DNA of 64,000 nucleotides from Lama glama (lineage: Eukaryota), in the NCBI GenBank assembly GCA_028534125.1, contig CM052816.1:66838001-66902000 (forward strand), read 5' to 3'. Positions within the stretch are counted from its first letter, which is position 1, and every line of letters starts with the position of its first letter. Made by a program: the position numbers and the translations under genes. The notes under the pieces were generated by a model. It was not told where the DNA came from, searched no databases, and saw only the letters and a list, made by a program, of their open reading frames with translations. Positions 1-13,234 of this stretch are shown here, one piece after another.

Positions 1-1992
1 TTTACTTCACTTTACTTCCTTTTGGTTATACCCTGGCATTTAGTAGAGTCTCTTTGGACATTCAACCTAGCCATGGCTATATTAAGGAATATTAAGCAAA
101 ATAATACCCATAGCTAGGACAGGTTGCTATTTAAGAACCAATTACCAATCCCCTAAAAGCCACATCTCTAAGGGGAAAATAGACATTTAAAGACAAATAG
201 GAGGACAGTGAGGCCAGTGTCCCTCTCCTACAGGAAGCCGCTCCTTCCAGAGTGTGAACTCTATTTCATTACAGAAGGTGGCGACTGCGTGTACAGAACT
301 GAAGTCCTATGGAGAACAGTGGCAGAGGTACTGGGATCACTGGAAAGTCTCAGCAGTACCTTGAAGATTCTCAGGGCTTTTCATAGAATTAGCTGGCTGT
401 TATTTGAGCTCAGTAGTGCAGTTCCTTCAGCCAAAATCAAAGACTGACTCAATCCAATTCCACAAATAGAGTGAGAGAGAAAAAATGGGAATAAATGACC
501 CAAGAGACTTTACAACCATTTCTTAACCTAAGCTATTGATCTATTGTGAGTCTTGGAAAGGGCGTGTGGTTTTGTAATCATTAGGGAAATGTCTGATGAG
601 CAAACAGTTTCCAGCATCTTTCAGAAACAGCCTGATGCTTAGACCCTGAGAAAAATGTCTCCGACAACCTTGGAGTTCCCTGAGGTTGCAGCTGAGTTCA
701 CTGAAAGAAAGCCTTTTCATCTTCAGCCTGACAACCAGCTTACTAAAAACACTCTGTACCTCTTCTGTTTTCCGTCTGGGGCATCTACATCCCCTTGGTT
801 TCCTGTCTCGACCTCATACAATATGCTATTATCTACCTGTTTTTTTTTGAGGGTTAAATTGTAGCTCATTAGTTTGCTTTGAGCACACTCTCAATGAAAT
901 TATAAAGTTTAGAGGGGAAAAAAAAGGTACATGAGCAGCCGTGAGTCGGCCCATTCTACAACTATCTCCTCTAACATAGAATCGAGGAAATCCTTCCAAA
1001 GGCCATAACATACATTTGTTCTATTTTAAAATATTTTGCTAAGTATTTAAACTATTTTCATACCCATTGTTTCAATTACACTCCAGCAATAGTCTCCCTC
1101 TTATAATGTTGATTTTTCTCTCTTCTGGATTGTCCACATTAGCATAAAAATACACTCATTATTTCTACCTTAAAACAATAATATGATTCCATTTCCTGTT
1201 AATCTGTGGGCCGACTTTTCTGTTTCCATTGGCAATAATCCATTCTCTCTTGACCCACTAGAGTCTCCTTTCATCCCAACCACAGCAAGATTCCCAGTGA
1301 CCTCCATGCTGATGAATCCAGTGGTCATTTCTCAGTCCTCATCTTACTTGACTCATCAACAGCATTTGACACAGTGGATTGTTCAGTTCTTGAAATACTT
1401 TCTTTACGTGGCTTTTAGGACATTGTTCAGTCTTGACCTAATTGGTCACTCTTTCTCTGTCACTCTTGCTGGTTCTTCCTCATTTTCTGGTCCCTTAAAC
1501 ATGGGCGTAAACCAGGACTCAGGCTTCACACTCCTTTTCTGCTCTAGCTAAACTCACCTCCTAAGTGATTTCATCCAATCTCGTGGCCTTAAGAAGCATT
1601 TGTATAGTGTGGCTTCCCAACTTTCTTTTTCCAGCACTCATCTCCTCTGATTCTTCATCTGCACAGCCATCTGCTTACTGGACATCCCTGTGTCAGTGTC
1701 TAGTGGGCATCTCAAACTTATATCCAAAAGCAAACTTCTGTTTCTAACCACTACAATTTTTGTCCTCCATCACATCCCATATTGGTAATGGAAATTACAT
1801 CTTTCCAGACATTCAGACCTAAATCCATAAAAAAATCCTTGGCTCTACTTTTCAAAATATGCCCAGAATCCTGCCAGTCTCCCAACCTGTGCTGCTACTG
1901 CTCTGGTCCTAGCCAACTTATTTTTTTCCAGCACTACTGCAATAGCCTCCTAACCGACCTCCATGCTTCAGCCCTGCCCCCTTACCTTAAAA

Positions 1993-2625
1993 TCTTTTTT
2001 TCAATTGAGATGTAATTCACATACCATACAATTTACCCTTTTAAAGTGTCCAAGTCAGTGGTTTTGTGCATATTCTCAAAGTTCTGCAAGCATCACCACT
2101 ATCAAATTCCAGAACATTTTTGTCACTCCAAAAAGAAACCTCCTACTTGTCACTTCTCATACTCCCCACAACCATCAGCTCCTGGCAACCACTCATCCAC
2201 TTTCTGTCTCTCAGTTTGCCTGCTCTGTTCACTTCATATAAATGGATTCATACCACAAGTGCCTTGAATGTCTAGCTTCTTTCACTTACTATACAATTTT
2301 CAACAGTCATTCAGGTTGTAGCAGGTAGCAGTCCTTCACTCTCTTTTCTGGCTGATAATTCGTTGTATGGATATACCACATTTCATTTATCCATTCAACC
2401 ACTGATGGGGCTTTTGGCTGTTTCTACTCTTTTGCTATTATGACTAGTACTGCTAGAACATTCACATACATGTTTTTTGCATGGAAATATGTTTTCAGTT
2501 CTCTTAGGTATATACCTAGGAGTGGAATTTCCAGGTCATATGGTGACTTTATGTTTAACTTTTTTATGAACTGTTGAACAGTTTTAAAGTGACTGCACCA
2601 TTTTCCACTCCCAAGAGAAATGTAT
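1993..2625 (-). mobile_element. L1M (L1MB-like) 3' end fragment
   Basis: T-rich start then 'attgagatgtaattcacataccatacaatttaccctttt', 'gtatggatataccacattt' and 'tatatacctaggagtggaatt', which are antisense L1 3'UTR/ORF2-end hallmarks. Confidence 0.85.
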
Positions 2626-2660
2626 AAAGCTACTGTAAATTCCTAACACAGCAACTAGAG

Positions 2661-2961
2661 CTCTGGTATCCAATAAAATAGCCACTAACCATATTGAGCA
2701 TTTAAAATTGAGGTGCTATAAATGTAAAACACATGTGTGATTTCCAAGACTCAGTATGAAAAAAGAATGTAAAATATCTCATTAATGATAATTCATATTT
2801 ATGACATACTGAGAGCATAATATTTTGATACATTGGTTTAATCAAAATACATTATTAAAATAATTTTTACCTGCAGCTGTTACTTTTTAGTGTGACTAAT
2901 AGAAAATCTAAAGTCACATAAGTAACTCATAAGATTTATGTAATATAGAAAGATAGCAGTG
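2661..2961 (-). mobile_element. MER33 (hAT-Charlie non-autonomous DNA transposon)
   Basis: Matches the MER33 consensus in reverse ('aagactcagtatgaaaaaagaatgtaaaatatctcattaat'). Flanked by near-identical 8-bp TSDs aactagag (2653-2660) and agctagag (2962-2969). Confidence 0.8.
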
Positions 2962-5419
2962 AGCTAGAGTAACCCTTAAAACATAGTATAATCACTCTTT
3001 AACTTAAAAACCCTCCACTGGCTTCTCATCTCACTCAGAATAAAGTCCAAAATCCTCATAACAGTCTTTTACCATCTCCTACTATTGTCCCTGCTCTCTT
3101 TCTTTTGTCATGCTGGCCTCCTCAAGGCCTTTGCACTTGCTGTTTCCCCTGTCTGGCATGATATTCCCCAAAATATCCACTTGGCTTGCTTCCATATTTC
3201 ACCAGGATTCAGCTACAATATTACCTTGTCAGTGAGGGCTTCCTGGCCACCCTATTATTTATATACCCTATTCCACACTGCTTTCTCTATCCCCTTTTGC
3301 TACCTTGTTTTTCTTCATATTTGTTTATCAGTACTTTACACATATTGATTGATTGATTGATTCTCTTTCCCAAGAACATAATAAGTTCCAGCAGTGTCTC
3401 TGGCATATTGTTCACTATGAATCTTCAGTACTGAAAAAAAGTTTCTCTGAAAAAAAGTAGATTTCCCAAAGATATCTGTTGAATGAAATATGAATAAGCA
3501 ACAGCTTATGCAGTTACTTTGGTAGTCTGACATACTCTTTTTCTCTTCTAACAGGACTACAGCTTCACTTTAAGATATCACAGAATTTTAATCAGTCTTA
3601 CAAAGGCTTTAATGAGCCATGAAAATTATTTGTAAAATTGGAATTATATTACCGTCAGACGTACCTAGTGGAGTTGTTAAGTTTGTGATGAGATACTGTA
3701 TGTTTAAAAGACACTGTAAACTGTAAAGTGTAAACTGTAAAATCAAATATGGTGTGCTAAACCATTATCATATGATAGTAAGTCCGCAACATGTATTTCT
3801 TGAATGTTTGATCTCCATTTTGGCCAGCAGGATTTGCAAGTTTCCTCTTACTTTCATCAATAATAATACCTCTCCTTCACACCTTCACAGTTAGACTCCC
3901 TTGATCTTGAACGCTGTCAACATAAGCAGCTTAACTCACTTGTAGGCTCAGTTCCATATTAGAATGTGCATTTTGATATCTGCTCCTGGACCGGTTGTGA
4001 GGGGGGAGCTGTCCTTATTCCAGGTGATATGCCTGCCTCAGGCAAGGTGTTTGGAGAGAAAGGGACTTAAACTTCAGAATGTCCTGAGCTCTGTCATCCA
4101 GCAAGTTACAGCCAAGAAATTAGTCCAGCATTTAACTTTCAACTCATTCAAAGCAGGTATCCAGATGTAAACTTTGAAAATGCCTTTGCTGGTTAATCAC
4201 TGATGGATGGATCACTCCAAAATGTGAATTTTACTTTCTATAAGATAAAAGTACATTTCTGCAACTGCATATGCAGGCAGACTACTCCCGAGAAGGCAGA
4301 AAACTTTCCTAAGGTCATTCAAACAATGGGCACATTTGCAAGTGAAGTTTTTCACCCACCATTTTAACCAAAGATTTCATATTCCTACTGTCTAGTTTTA
4401 CTAGATGCTAGAACACAAAACCTAAAGAGTATACATCAAATTGAAAACAGAAGAATTGTAATCCAGGAAAGGGGAATTAAGACTTGAAGAATAAACTGAA
4501 TTATTAGTATTTTCCCCTATTGTTCATTGAATAGTCAAGTTGACAATACTTATTGTGTTCATAGAATTTTATTCTAACTAGGGTATTGGGAACTGGGAGC
4601 ACATGTTATTATGAGAAACAAGCTCATAAATGCTGGCTAGATTCCCAGGCAGTCCACCAAAGCCCATTTAACTCATAATGTAAGTAACTGTGAATGAGGG
4701 AAAACAATGCTGGAGAATATTTCTTTTAAATGTAATATATACTTAAACATCTCTAGAGTCCAAAATCTTTAAAACACTGGTAATCTAAATTTTTTAAAAA
4801 TTAAATAAATGACACACTGGTTTAGTTATGGTTTAGGTAGAGTATGGGAGAGATTCTGTTTGGGACTTTGGCCACTTCCAGGGACTCTAGAGGCTGAGGT
4901 GCTATATCCTTATTGTGCCTAATTTTGCCTCAAACTCAGAAGTATTCTTTCTCTGATAAAAATGTCCCAACCACAAACATTAATCTCTTGTCCACAGCTA
5001 TACTAGGTAGTTTTCTTCAGTTCTTTCCTAGCGTTCAACATGGGAGATGTGTGTGTGTTTGCACACAGGATAGTCAGTTCTTTGAGATGCGACTCAAATG
5101 CACAGACATCTCTGGGAGCATTATTTATATAATCCATTCAGAGCAACCTAGATCTTAAAGCTAAAACTTAGATTACAAACACTCTTTACACCATCAAAAT
5201 CCTTAGAATTTTCTGAGTTAAAAGATCAGGTGTTTCAAATATCATACCAAAATACTGGGAGCAGAAGCATATGCTGTGGTGGCTTATAAGAATTTATTAG
5301 TGGTTGTGATGAGAGACGTGATTGGGTTGTTGGGTTTCATAGGAGCCATCTTGGTGGGATGGGTAGTAAATTTCAGAGTTACTAGGACAAGAGGTGATAT
5401 GTGTCTCTCCCACAAGACT

Positions 5420-5508
5420 ACAAGCTCCCATAGAGCAGAGGCTGTGTGCATTTTCCAGGACCTGACCTATAGTAAGTAGTCACTATGTTCACTGAATAAA
5501 TGAATGAA
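5420..5508 (+). mobile_element. L2 3' terminal fragment
   Basis: 'aagctcccatagagcagaggctgtg...tgaataaatgaatgaa' is a typical L2 tail. Confidence 0.55.
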
Positions 5509-7463
5509 AAAACCAAAGTTTTTGCCCTATAATCACTGATCTCTCCAGAAATTAAGCCAGAAGAAAGACCACTTTTATTTGCATAGACAGGCATTTCTAT
5601 AAGAGAATTTAAAAATATGCTCAGAAAATATGTCTGGGGGACTTCCTAGGAAAGAGAGAGTCATTATGTCTCACATCAACTCCTACAAAAAGAATGATCC
5701 ATCAATAAAGTCTTGCAGGCCAGAATTTTCCCTGAAAGTGAAAGGGATTTATTTGATAAACATGGGTGAAGATCAAGCCAGACTCCTCCTTCTTTAAGCA
5801 CTTTTTATTTTCCCCTCTTATTGTTGACACTGGACATTTTCCAGGCCCACAGCTGTTCCCTCTACAGAAATGCATTCACATTTCTCATGTGGTTATGGAT
5901 CTACTGATCTGGCCAGCAGAGGCTGGGATATGCTGTCCATGCTCAGCAAATGACAAACGCATTCTTTGAGCTTTACCAGGATACCAAATGCCATCAGGTG
6001 CTTTGGCTGTGAATTTAACAACTGATCCTGTTGTGGGTGGGAGGGAAAGGGAAAGGACAGATTGAGAATTTCTATCTGAAGTTCACTTCTTATATCTCCC
6101 ACCCTCACCTCATCTCATCACTCCTGTGGGGTCCTTATGTTGCTAGAGTTGATGATGTTGGTATCTATGCCTCTCAAAATGTACTTACTCTATAAAGGAG
6201 AGATTATTCACCAGGCATCCCTTGCCCTCACCCGAAATTATATGCAAAGTGATATCTATTTGTGTACCTGTAAATTTTCTAAGTCTTAGGAAGTGTTATC
6301 ACATTTTTAAAGCAGTTAAAAATCTATATAAATTTGTTGCACAATTAGACTCTTGACATAGAGATAAAGGTGGCAGAAAGATATTGTATGTTGCAAATGG
6401 ATCTACATCAATCTGGTTCCTCTTGGCAGATATGAGAAGTCTCCAGTGGCTGGAGGCTGAGCTATTTATAGGTCTTCATGTCATAATCTTGCTACCAGGT
6501 AAATAGTACAATAAGGACAGGTCTCAAATAATTCTGCTATACATAAAACGATGCATTAACAAGCAAGAATTGAGAACCCTAAGAATTCGCCATCTGCCAA
6601 AAGAAAAGGGCAAAGGGAGAAATTACCAAGAATCTGATTGGACTGGTAGTGCTTGGAGGGCTACATGAAAATCCACAGTGCATATTCAGTGAATACACAC
6701 ATACCCCTAACTGCACACAATGAAAAGGAAGAGGCCAACATCTCAAAAGGACAAAAAGATTCCTCCCTTCTCCCCCTGCACTTTGACCAATATAAAATTC
6801 TGTAGCCCCAGTATCACTGAATAATGTGGTTCAGAACCCCCTATAGCCCCTATCTACTGATAAGATTAAAAAGTTAGGACCAGGTGAAATATGGCAGAGA
6901 CAAAGAAGAAAGGGATTATAAGTGACAGACATCCTAAGTCAGAAGAGTTTGATTAAATATAATAACTAGATTGAATTTACAGAACAGTCTAGAAGATAAG
7001 ATAGCCTGTATTTTACTTTTTCAGTAGCAGGCAAAGTATATGTCAAAACAAAGCTAATGCGGGGATGGGCAACAAAGATGGGAATGCTTTTGAAGTGATA
7101 CTGTAAATAGTTTTATTTCAGTGGACAACTATGATTGGACAATGGGCTAATGAAGTATGGATAGTATCATGGGAGAATGAATGCAGGGGAGGAGAGTTCA
7201 AAGCCCAGACATGTGGGGCATAAGGATTTAGGTTTGGAAAGACTGGAAGTATAAGACAGTAGAGGATTCTGCACAGACATACTTCTTATTTGCAGTGAGA
7301 GGAGGCTCAGAGACCATATGCCCATAGATATAATGGGCCCCAAAATGAATGTAAAAGGGAGAGGACAGGCCAATGGTGAGACTGTCAAGAGTTATTCTCT
7401 GCCTCAAGAATGTAACATTAAGCCGTGTGGGCCATACTGCTCTAGGCATGATTTCCATATGCT

Positions 7464-8053
7464 TATAGGGGAGGAAAAATAATTGTCCCTCTACCATTCT
7501 GAATTCTTAGCTAAGATCCCTGTAATAAAAGGCAGACGAACAACAACAACAAAAAACCAGAAGTACATTAACACGTATACCTCATGAATACATGGGAGAC
7601 ACCCAGGGGAAAACGAGTAACTCCCCAAGGTGGCTTAGAATCCAGACATAAACACCATCCTAGTAGGGAAAAGGGAAGGAGGATGCAGGCCTCATAGAGG
7701 AGAGTCAGTGATTTTTAGGAAAGATCAATGAGCCCTTAGAAAAGTAGATGGGAGGTGTGAGAGTTCCTGACAAAGTTTATCTGGGTGTGGTGTCCACTTC
7801 TAGCCACCTCCTGTGACAAGAGTCAATCTTTCCTGGTTGATGAAACTCCTGGGAGATTTATGACAGTTGAGGTTTTTTGGAGGATCTGTCTTAAGGCAGA
7901 TAAAGGAGTTCAGAGAAAGCCTGCTGCTCCATTTGGTGTTTTTCAAGTGCTCACAGTTGAAAATAATCAATACGCCAAAGTGGCATATCTTAGGGGGGCA
8001 TATCTTGAACTCCCACAATCGTATTTTGGGGGTGCATATTCTGATACCCTTCA
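7464..8053 (-). mobile_element. Solo ERV1-class LTR (MER67/MER89/MER92-like group)
   Basis: The reverse complement starts TGAAGGGTATCAGAATATGCACCCCCAAAATA, typical of this LTR group. Length is about 590 bp, with a 4-bp TSD-like pair tgct (7460-7463) / tgtt (8054-8057). Confidence 0.8.
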
Positions 8054-10084
8054 TGTTCTCCTGTAGTCCAGACTGCCTCAGACTGTATGTGTTACCACAT
8101 AAAGATTCTAAGTCTAACCTGAATTTCCCAGAAGGAGAGACTCCATGAGGGTGAAGGCCAAGGAAACTGCGCTAAAGACCTGGGTGAGAATGAAGTTCCC
8201 CTTGGTCCTGTAAGCCATGCTCAGCATCTGCACCACCAGGGTGTCTATACCTCTGACTACTTGTATATTTATGGTTGACCTACATGTTCAAGACAAAGTA
8301 GCAGTTAATCTCATCCAGCATAAGAGCCTAGTGACCACAAACATGATAATGTAATCTGTTTTCTGTCCTTACCTGGATTTGAGCAAAACTAGATAAATTC
8401 TCCTTGTTCCCAAAGTAACTTCTCAGTGAGCAACGGGATAGACACTACGTGTTCCTTCTTATAATCCACGGCCTTGGAAATATATAGTTGATTCTGAGCC
8501 CAATTTTTTTTTGTAAAACATTTACAGCATTAAAAATAAATAGTTGGCAGAAGAAGGGGAAAAATTCAGGTATTGTATTATCTTCCCCTTATCTTATGGA
8601 CCTAGTGGCTGAAAATTACACATGCATAGTCGTGTGTAGCTGTGTCCCCGTATATAGTTTAGATAATTTTGTATCAACAATTAGGTGGATTAATGAAGAG
8701 CAATGCTGAATGTGTAATATATTAGGGGAAAAAAACCAAGAAATTCATTGTTCTAGAAATACATACTTCCTTATAAACATTATAAAAGCATTTATTTTAT
8801 AAACAAGTTAACTGTGTTGTAACAGTTTGGATCCTGGCGCAAACTCAAACTTCAGAATTCATTAGAAATTGATCTTTTATGTTCAACTGGAGAAGAATGT
8901 TTTCATGACAAGACAATGCAGTACAGTCATGATCAATTTATTATCTCTCACCAACTTTCCTAATTTTAAAATTCAGAACTGTTTCAAGAGCAGAGTAACA
9001 CATCTGTTTCTTATTTATCTACATTTGATTTGTTACAATGTTTAATATGAATTATTAGGAACTCCAGATACTTTTAAGCTTTTATGGAGAACATTAAAGT
9101 TTCTTTTTTTCCTTTTGAATAAGGGTAGAGTATTTGACTAAGAATAAAAATAATTCCAACTCAAAAACTTCAAGTGGATTTTGAGAGCTGACACAGTGCA
9201 TCCTTCCAGCATTCCATTTTAGAACCTCAAGAGGTCTTATTTTCCAGCCCATCATTACATTATGGTATTTGTTTTTAATATGAAGATGCATGTTTCAATG
9301 AACCCTATGATTTTATTGAACAGGGGTAATCTTTCTAAAATTAAGTCTGAAAACTCAAACAGACCTCAGAGCTAAGTAACTTCTTGAACTGGTCCAGAAA
9401 TAAATTAACTTCAACTTTGCAAAAAGTCAAAGTGCTACTTATTCTCAGTGCTTTAATCAATGTAAATTGGATTTAGCAACTCTAATGTAACCAACAAAGC
9501 AAAACAACAACAAAAACCTCCTAATTTAGCCAAAGCAGAGGAAGTCCTAGGATTGGAAAGCCAAAGGCAAACATTATCCATCATTTTACTCATCTCTTAA
9601 ACTGAATGCTTCATCCTCTAGTCTTTTTCTCCCTCAGCCACCAACTGATAGATGAGTTATAAGACATTGTTTCATATTTAATATTGTTCTAAATGAGTAC
9701 ACAGCTTACACATCAGATGCTCATGAGAAGCTTGAAGAATGAATATGCAAGTGAATCCTAATCTTTCTAAAGTATGTAGATGTAAACTAAAAGGTAGACT
9801 ATGCTGTATTGCATTCAAATCTCTTCTTGGTTCAGTCTTCTATGGTTATTCCACTAAGATAATGTAGTGATTCATGAATATGTTTAGCCTTTTCAAAGGG
9901 ACACATCTCTATGTAGAGTCTATCTAGATTTTGAAGAGCTTTGAAGTTGGAGAAAAGACAGAGTAGTAATAATAAAGTTGTAATAAAGTCCAATGATGGA
10001 GAGATGATTTGAGTATTGATGCTAATGACTCAGCTGGTGGAAGGCTGGGAGATGTGAATGGAGGTTGGGGAGCTATGATGACAT

Positions 10085-10336
10085 CATAGCTAATAGGCTT
10101 AAGAGTGCTTGTTCTGGGCCAGGCACTGTTGTAAGTACTTTACATGTATTAATCTATATGATCTTTACAACAATCCTATGCAGTTACTATTATTATCCTC
10201 TATTTCAGATGAATAAACTGAAGCATGCAGAGGTTAAATGACACATCCAAGGCCATGCAGCCAGCAAACTGGAGCCAGAATTAAATCCCAGCCATCTGGC
10301 TCAAGGCTCTGCACAAATCCACTATGCCATCCTGCC
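10085..10336 (-). mobile_element. MIR SINE, near full length
   Basis: 'ccaggcactgttgtaagtactttacatgtattaatc' and the core 'tttcagatgaataaactgaagcatgcagaggttaaatgac...ccaaggccatgcagc'. Confidence 0.85.
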
Positions 10337-12084
10337 TCTCATTTGCTACAAGAGAGATATTTAAGGAAGGAACAGTTAGATTTGCCAAATACAGAGAATC
10401 CGGTTTTCCAAATGCCTGGGAAAAAGAGGCAGAGAGAGTTTCCTACGATCCCTTTCTTTAGCGTTCTCTTTCATCACAAATTCTCTCTTACTAATGGAGA
10501 AACAGAGGGATAGGATTTATCTGGCCAGTCAAAAATTAAAGTTGATTATCCAACCTTGGATGTCATATAAATATTCCAAAAGTCTTAAGAAACACAAAGT
10601 CAGGTTTATAACCAAAACAATACATTATTCCAAAATAGTAGCTATGGGAACATAAAGAAAGCTGTACAATGAAAGTGCCATAAAGTAAAAACTCCTAATC
10701 AGATGCTTGTGAGAACAGTGACTACAATTCCCCATCAACACAACTGCATGAGAAATGAAGTCACTGGAAAAACTATGTTTGAGCATTGTAGGCAATAGTG
10801 GAAGTGACTTTTTGTTTTTGATGGGGCTGCTATTTTATTGTAATAAAGAGCAATCAGAATTTTGGGGAAATGTCATGGTAACTTTCAGCTAAAGTAAGCT
10901 TGTCTTGGAGCATTTCTAGATATATTCACGTCATGCTTGGTTTAACTTTTTTGGTTCAGTGAAAACACAGAATACATGTTTGCTTTAAAGAAATGTCCCA
11001 GCATAGGCCTCTAGGTAAAGATGCAAGATCCAGTGGGAACATTTGGTAATTCTCTGGTTAAATGATATGGCACCATGCAATCCAAACAATCCCCCCTATA
11101 TTTCCTGTCTGCAGGCGGCAGCCCATACCACCACACCCACTTCCCCCAAGCGAACAATTTCAAAGGTAATCAATTACTTTCCTCTGGCTCCTACTTTCCT
11201 GAAGTATACTATTAATTTCAAGGGTGAAAGAGCATTGGTTCACAGACATTTTTAAAATAATTACTACAAACCTACCTGAATCATGCCCTAAATTGCTGAA
11301 TGTAATTAACAACCATTGAAGTGGGCTTGATTCTTACAGCCAATGCTCAAGAAACTAGCAAACTCCTGATGACCTAGCACAGAACAAGTATGTCACTGCT
11401 TCTAGCTTGAAAGGTATAAACCCAAATTCATAAAACATATTCTAGTAGCATGCATGCAGTATGTATTGTTTTAAGATCGCTCATCCAAGAAGGCATTTGG
11501 TATGTACTGGAATATCTGGTATAATGTTTTACACAATTATATGAAAAGGTACATTATCCTAAAAAAAAAAAGAAAAAAGAAAAAAACACCCCAAACAAGA
11601 CTTAAGGTTAGAGAAGACAGTTGTTTGTATAGAAAGATGCTTTTTTTTTAAGGACAGAAGCCATACCTTATCTTTCTATATGTTAATACTTGTCTCCTTT
11701 TTAAAAAGGCATTTATGTGTCACTCCCATTTGCAGAATTAAATTAGCTTTTGAAAGAATAGCTGGAAAAGTTAACATTCTTTTCCTTGAGATTGTACTGG
11801 GGAAAAAGAAGACTTTTTAACAGGAGCAAAAATAGAGCACTGTGGCCCATAGCAAGTACTTACTGAGTGAATGAGGAAATGGATGAATGTATACATGCAA
11901 AGTTAAACAAATGAAAGGTTTTTCAGCACTCCGTGGTAGGAGCCTTAGAGAGGACAGGTATGACTTTCCTAAAAGAGAAATCCTTCAGTTAGTTGTGAAG
12001 TAGATGGACTGAGGTAAGATAAAGTAAAAATGCCCTTAGCATCAAAATGTTTGAAAAGCTACAGCGAAGGTACCGCTCTCACCC

Positions 12085-12200
12085 TGTTCTTCATCTACAA
12101 AATGGGAATAAAAGCTCAGAAAGTAGTCAGATCAAATGAGTTCACAGGCTGAATCCGCCTAACACAGAAACCGGCACACAGAAGGCAGCCAATCAAATGA
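12085..12200 (+). mobile_element. MIR fragment
   Basis: Core 'ttcttcatctacaaaatgggaataa' followed by 'cctaacacagaaaccggcacacagaaggc'. Confidence 0.6.
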
Positions 12201-12971
12201 ACTACCTCCATATCACACTTTAATGTCCCCAGCCAGGCAGGCAAGATGCTTGCCAGCAGCTCCTCCAGGATTGGAGCCAGGAAACATCAATTCACAAAAA
12301 AAGCAGACTTCTGTGGTTTAACCACGACCAACTCCTTTATTTATCTTCCATTTAGTTGAATGGAAATTAATAGCTAAATCATCAAATTAGGTCTTCTTAA
12401 AGTCCCAGAAAAGAACATTAGGCTGATTTAATGTAACTTACAAATGACATTTCTGGATTCTTTTAATTCCCCCCTCATGGAAGACCAAAAATAATTGAGT
12501 AATCATTTCATATTCATTCCTTATGATGGCGCTTAAATGCAGGCACAGAAAAGAATTATGTGCACAGTGTTCCTGTGTGCTGTGAAAAGCACCGACAAGC
12601 TTTCCAGTTTCCAATATCCACCATGATGTTTCTACTCCTACCATATTTTCAATTTTCAGTTCTCTAGGAGTGAGATCTATGCACAGAGGTAACAAGGTTG
12701 ATGCACGTGTGTGCGTACGTGAGAAAGGAGAGGGGGAGGGGAAGCTGGGGCACAGATTCTTTGTGCATCATAAACTTGAACAGATGAGTAGATAAGAGGG
12801 GGCCAGTCACTGCAGGTGAGAGGACCCTGGTGGTCACTTCTCCAATGCATCTTCCCACTGTATATAATCAAATGTTGACATCTGTTTGTTTGTTACTAAG
12901 CTTCTCTATTAAAATGTAAAGCATACCTGCTTTTTGAATTAACACAACATGTTCAAATGATATATCTTCCG

Positions 12972-13110
12972 TCCCCCTCATTTTATTTCTGAGGAAACCG
13001 AAGCCTTGAGAGGCAGAATGACTTGCCTAAACCACACAGCTTATTAGTGGGAAGATGTTGAGCTAGAACCCAGGTACCCCAGGGTAAAGTCTAGTACTTG
13101 CCTCAGCTGC
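12972..13110 (-). mobile_element. MIR fragment
   Basis: 'cctcattttatttctgaggaaaccgaagcc...tgacttgcctaaaccacacagc'. Confidence 0.7.
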
Positions 13111-13234
13111 CTCTATACATATGTTAATCTGACCAAATCACTGGCATAATTTGATTCTGTGGCTTCTCAATATAAAGTCAGGCATGCCGAAAGAGGTGGT
13201 GAGCATTTCACACGTGGAAGCACACAATTACACA

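Larger units (their letters stand above)
1240..3497 (+). mobile_element. LINE L2 (L2a-like) 3' portion, interrupted by an L1M fragment (~1993-2625) and a MER33 (2661-2961)
   Basis: A decayed RT motif is readable near 1295-1415 (SDLHADESSGHFSVLILLDSSTAFDTVD, cf. L2 'LLDLSAAFDTVD'). L2 3' sequence resumes after the insertions and ends in a tgttgaatga...tgaat tail. Confidence 0.85.

Noticed and set aside
1183..1551. 122-aa ORF
   Set aside because: It overlaps decayed L2, and the RT-like motif is in another, stop-interrupted frame.
7785..8148. Three overlapping 84-93 aa ORFs
   Set aside because: They are mostly inside the solo LTR and look like chance frames.
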